Part shown: positions 30,223-32,000 of the stretch, one piece after another
Position numbering within the stretch: position 1 is the first letter of the stretch
How the letters are laid out: every line of letters starts with the position of its first letter
NCBI RefSeq assembly: GCF_000306885.1
Contig: NC_018267.1
Span: forward strand, 30,001-62,000
Source: Wolbachia endosymbiont of Onchocerca ochengi
GTDB lineage: Bacteria; Pseudomonadota; Alphaproteobacteria; Rickettsiales; Anaplasmataceae
Direction of reading: 5' to 3'
Length of the DNA: 32,000 bases
The notes under the pieces: generated by a model
Databases searched by the model: none
Seen by the model: the letters and a program-made list of their open reading frames with translations, nothing else
Told to the model about the DNA's origin: nothing
Position numbers and translations under genes: made by a program

Positions 30223-31588
30223 GCTTTACAATACTTTAACAAAAAAAAAAGAGCTCTTTACACCGATCGACAAAGGTCATATAAAAATGTACGTTTGCGG
30301 ACCAACCGTATATGATACAGCACATATAGGTAATGCACGTGCTGCTATTGTCTATGACGTATTATTTCAGTTGCTTAAATCTCATTATGGCAAAGTTACC
30401 TATGTACGCAACATAACTGATATTGATGATAAGATAATCAATGCAGCAAGTGAAAAAAATAGCAGTATAGAAAGTATAACTACACATTACACTAAGGCTT
30501 TTCGTGAAGACATGAAAAGTCTAAACTGTGTAGAACCAACACATGAGCCGAAAGCAACAGAAAATATAGATTGCATTATCAAATTAATTGAACATTTGCT
30601 AATATCTAATCATGCCTATGAATCCGATAAACATGTATATTTTAGTATTGAATCTTACCCTGAGTATGGTGCTTTATCAGGGAAAAAAATTAATGAATTA
30701 GATCATGGCAGCAGAGTTAAAGTTGGTAAAAACAAAAAGCATCCAGGAGATTTTGTACTATGGAAACCAGCAAACGACATTGACTACAAGCTTTCAAGTC
30801 ACTGGAATAGTCCATGGGGAAAAGGAAGACCTGGATGGCATATCGAATGTTCGGCAATGGCATATGCATATCTTGGTAAAGATTTTGACATCCATGGTGG
30901 GGGTATAGATTTACAATTTCCTCATCATGAGAACGAAATTGCGCAAAGCAAATCTGCATTTAGTGGGTCAATGTTCGCAAAATATTGGGTACATAATGGT
31001 TTCCTGACGGTAAACGAAGAAAAAATGAGCAAGTCCTTATTTAACATAGTTAAAGTAAGAGATTTGCTCGATAGTGGAATAAAGGGAGAAGTAATACGTC
31101 ATGCATTGTTCAAAACTCATTATAGAAAACCACTCGATTGGACAAGAGATATTATTTGGGAGTCGCAAGAAACTTTAAACAAGTTCTATCGGTTATTACG
31201 TAGTGTGGATATAGCAAGCATTGATGAAAGCAATACAGAAGTATATAAAGATTTTATAGAGGCTTTGAAAAATGACCTAAATATCCCTGAAGCTTTAGTT
31301 ATATTGCATGAAATGGCCACAAAAATCAATAAAACAAACAATGAACATAAAAAACTCAAATTAACTGAAAGTTTTGTTAAGAGTGCACGATTTATTGGTC
31401 TTCTTAAATCAAGTTATCAAGAGTGGTTTACCGTAGGCGTAGACCACCGAGAAATAGAAAGATTAGTAAATTTAAGAAAGGCAGCAAAAAAAAATAAAGA
31501 TTATGATGCTGCCGACAAAATAAGAGATCAGTTAAAAAGGATGAAGGTTACAATTTTTGATAACGAAGATGGTACAACAACCTGGTAA
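30215..31588 (+). CDS. cysS: Cysteinyl-tRNA synthetase
   Basis: MVKLYNTLT... start at ATG 30215, overlapping the exoD stop by 8 nt; the track's TTG 30209 is less likely. HIGH-type motif [21 protein letters not shown] and KMSKS. Confidence 0.93.
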   Translation: MVKLYNTLTKKKELFTPIDKGHIKMYVCGPTVYDTAHIGNARAAIVYDVLFQLLKSHYGKVTYVRNITDIDDKIINAASEKNSSIESITTHYTKAFREDMKSLNCVEPTHEPKATENIDCIIKLIEHLLISNHAYESDKHVYFSIESYPEYGALSGKKINELDHGSRVKVGKNKKHPGDFVLWKPANDIDYKLSSHWNSPWGKGRPGWHIECSAMAYAYLGKDFDIHGGGIDLQFPHHENEIAQSKSAFSGSMFAKYWVHNGFLTVNEEKMSKSLFNIVKVRDLLDSGIKGEVIRHALFKTHYRKPLDWTRDIIWESQETLNKFYRLLRSVDIASIDESNTEVYKDFIEALKNDLNIPEALVILHEMATKINKTNNEHKKLKLTESFVKSARFIGLLKSSYQEWFTVGVDHREIERLVNLRKAAKKNKDYDAADKIRDQLKRMKVTIFDNEDGTTTW

Positions 31589-31594
31589 GTTCAT

Positions 31595-32000
31595 ATGGAA
31601 AACTATCTACTACTATTCATAGATAATCTATTATCTTCATTAATCTTGCCCATATACGAAGGTTTTGTATTTTATACTATGTTGTATTTTAGGTCATATT
31701 ACAACCCACTACTTATGTTACTTTTTGGAGTATTGGGCTCAAGTATTGGTGGAATAGTCAATTGGCATTTGGGTAAAATAACAATTTTCGCTAGAAAAGC
31801 ATATCACAAATTAGAAAATGAGTACACAACCCCAAAAATAATAAGAAATTTGCTAATTTGTGCAGTTACATTGCTTTCATGGATGTCAGCACTTGGAAGT
31901 GCAATTCAAGTTTTATCAGGTTATTTTAAACTAAACTTCAGTGCCTTTACTTTACTAACTATCGTATCCAATTTCCTTTATTTATTATACCTCACTACCA
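31595..32000 (+). CDS. YqaA/DedA-superfamily membrane protein, 3' end cut by window edge
   Basis: Open frame from ATG 31595 to the window end (135 codons, no stop), absent from the track. ..SSLILPIYEGFVFYTML....LLFGVLGSSIGGIVNWHLGK.. matches the YqaA-like pattern. Confidence 0.5.
   Translation, partial: MENYLLLFIDNLLSSLILPIYEGFVFYTMLYFRSYYNPLLMLLFGVLGSSIGGIVNWHLGKITIFARKAYHKLENEYTTPKIIRNLLICAVTLLSWMSALGSAIQVLSGYFKLNFSAFTLLTIVSNFLYLLYLTT

Noticed and set aside
19972-30959. Other nested ORFs (19972..20175, 22149..22454, 24130..24312, 24460..24648, 25482..25715, 26323..26619, 26822..27064, 29958..30179, 30705..30908, 30717..30959, plus 3336..3518)
   Set aside because: They are antisense or off-frame within dapD, rodA, mrpD, the NDUFA12-like gene, exoD and cysS, or lie in relic DNA. 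No independent support.

Overview
AT-rich chromosome segment with the gene content and scattered housekeeping synteny of an Anaplasmataceae (Rickettsiales) endosymbiont. It is most consistent with a Wolbachia-like genome in advanced reductive decay; this is inferred from protein motifs and from a repeat family recalled from memory, with no database search run. I can support 24 intact or window-truncated protein genes: ftsA, der, dsbB-like, a LytM lipoprotein, leuS, the F0 operon atpB-atpE-atpF'-atpF, ctaA, pccA, gltX, a MidA-like methyltransferase, two small coupled ORFs, dapD, rodA, mrpD-like, an NDUFA12-like gene, an ABC ATPase, tatA, exoD-like, cysS and a yqaA-like gene. There are also 2 tRNAs (Thr-UGU, Arg-CCU). 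By my count only about two thirds of the window is intact coding sequence. The rest is nine long spacers (0.4-1.8 kb) without long ORFs, and several hold recognisable gene relics. The best supported are a ksgA/rsmA pseudogene, a family-2 glycosyltransferase pseudogene, and a decayed tandem copy of exoD that carries the exoD-cysS junction. Weaker candidates are xseB and DUF2155 relics. The most unusual signal is a short palindromic repeat family (core ATCCCAGTG-N6-CACTGGGAT with a ...TACTGGAATAA... partner). It sits in frame inside two intact essential-type genes, ctaA and pccA, and lengthens both proteins without stop codons. I saw no CRISPR array, IS element or transposase, prophage module, rRNA, or any clearly novel multi-gene system. 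The only candidate for an uncharacterised unit is a translationally coupled pair of small ORFs at 19823-20482.
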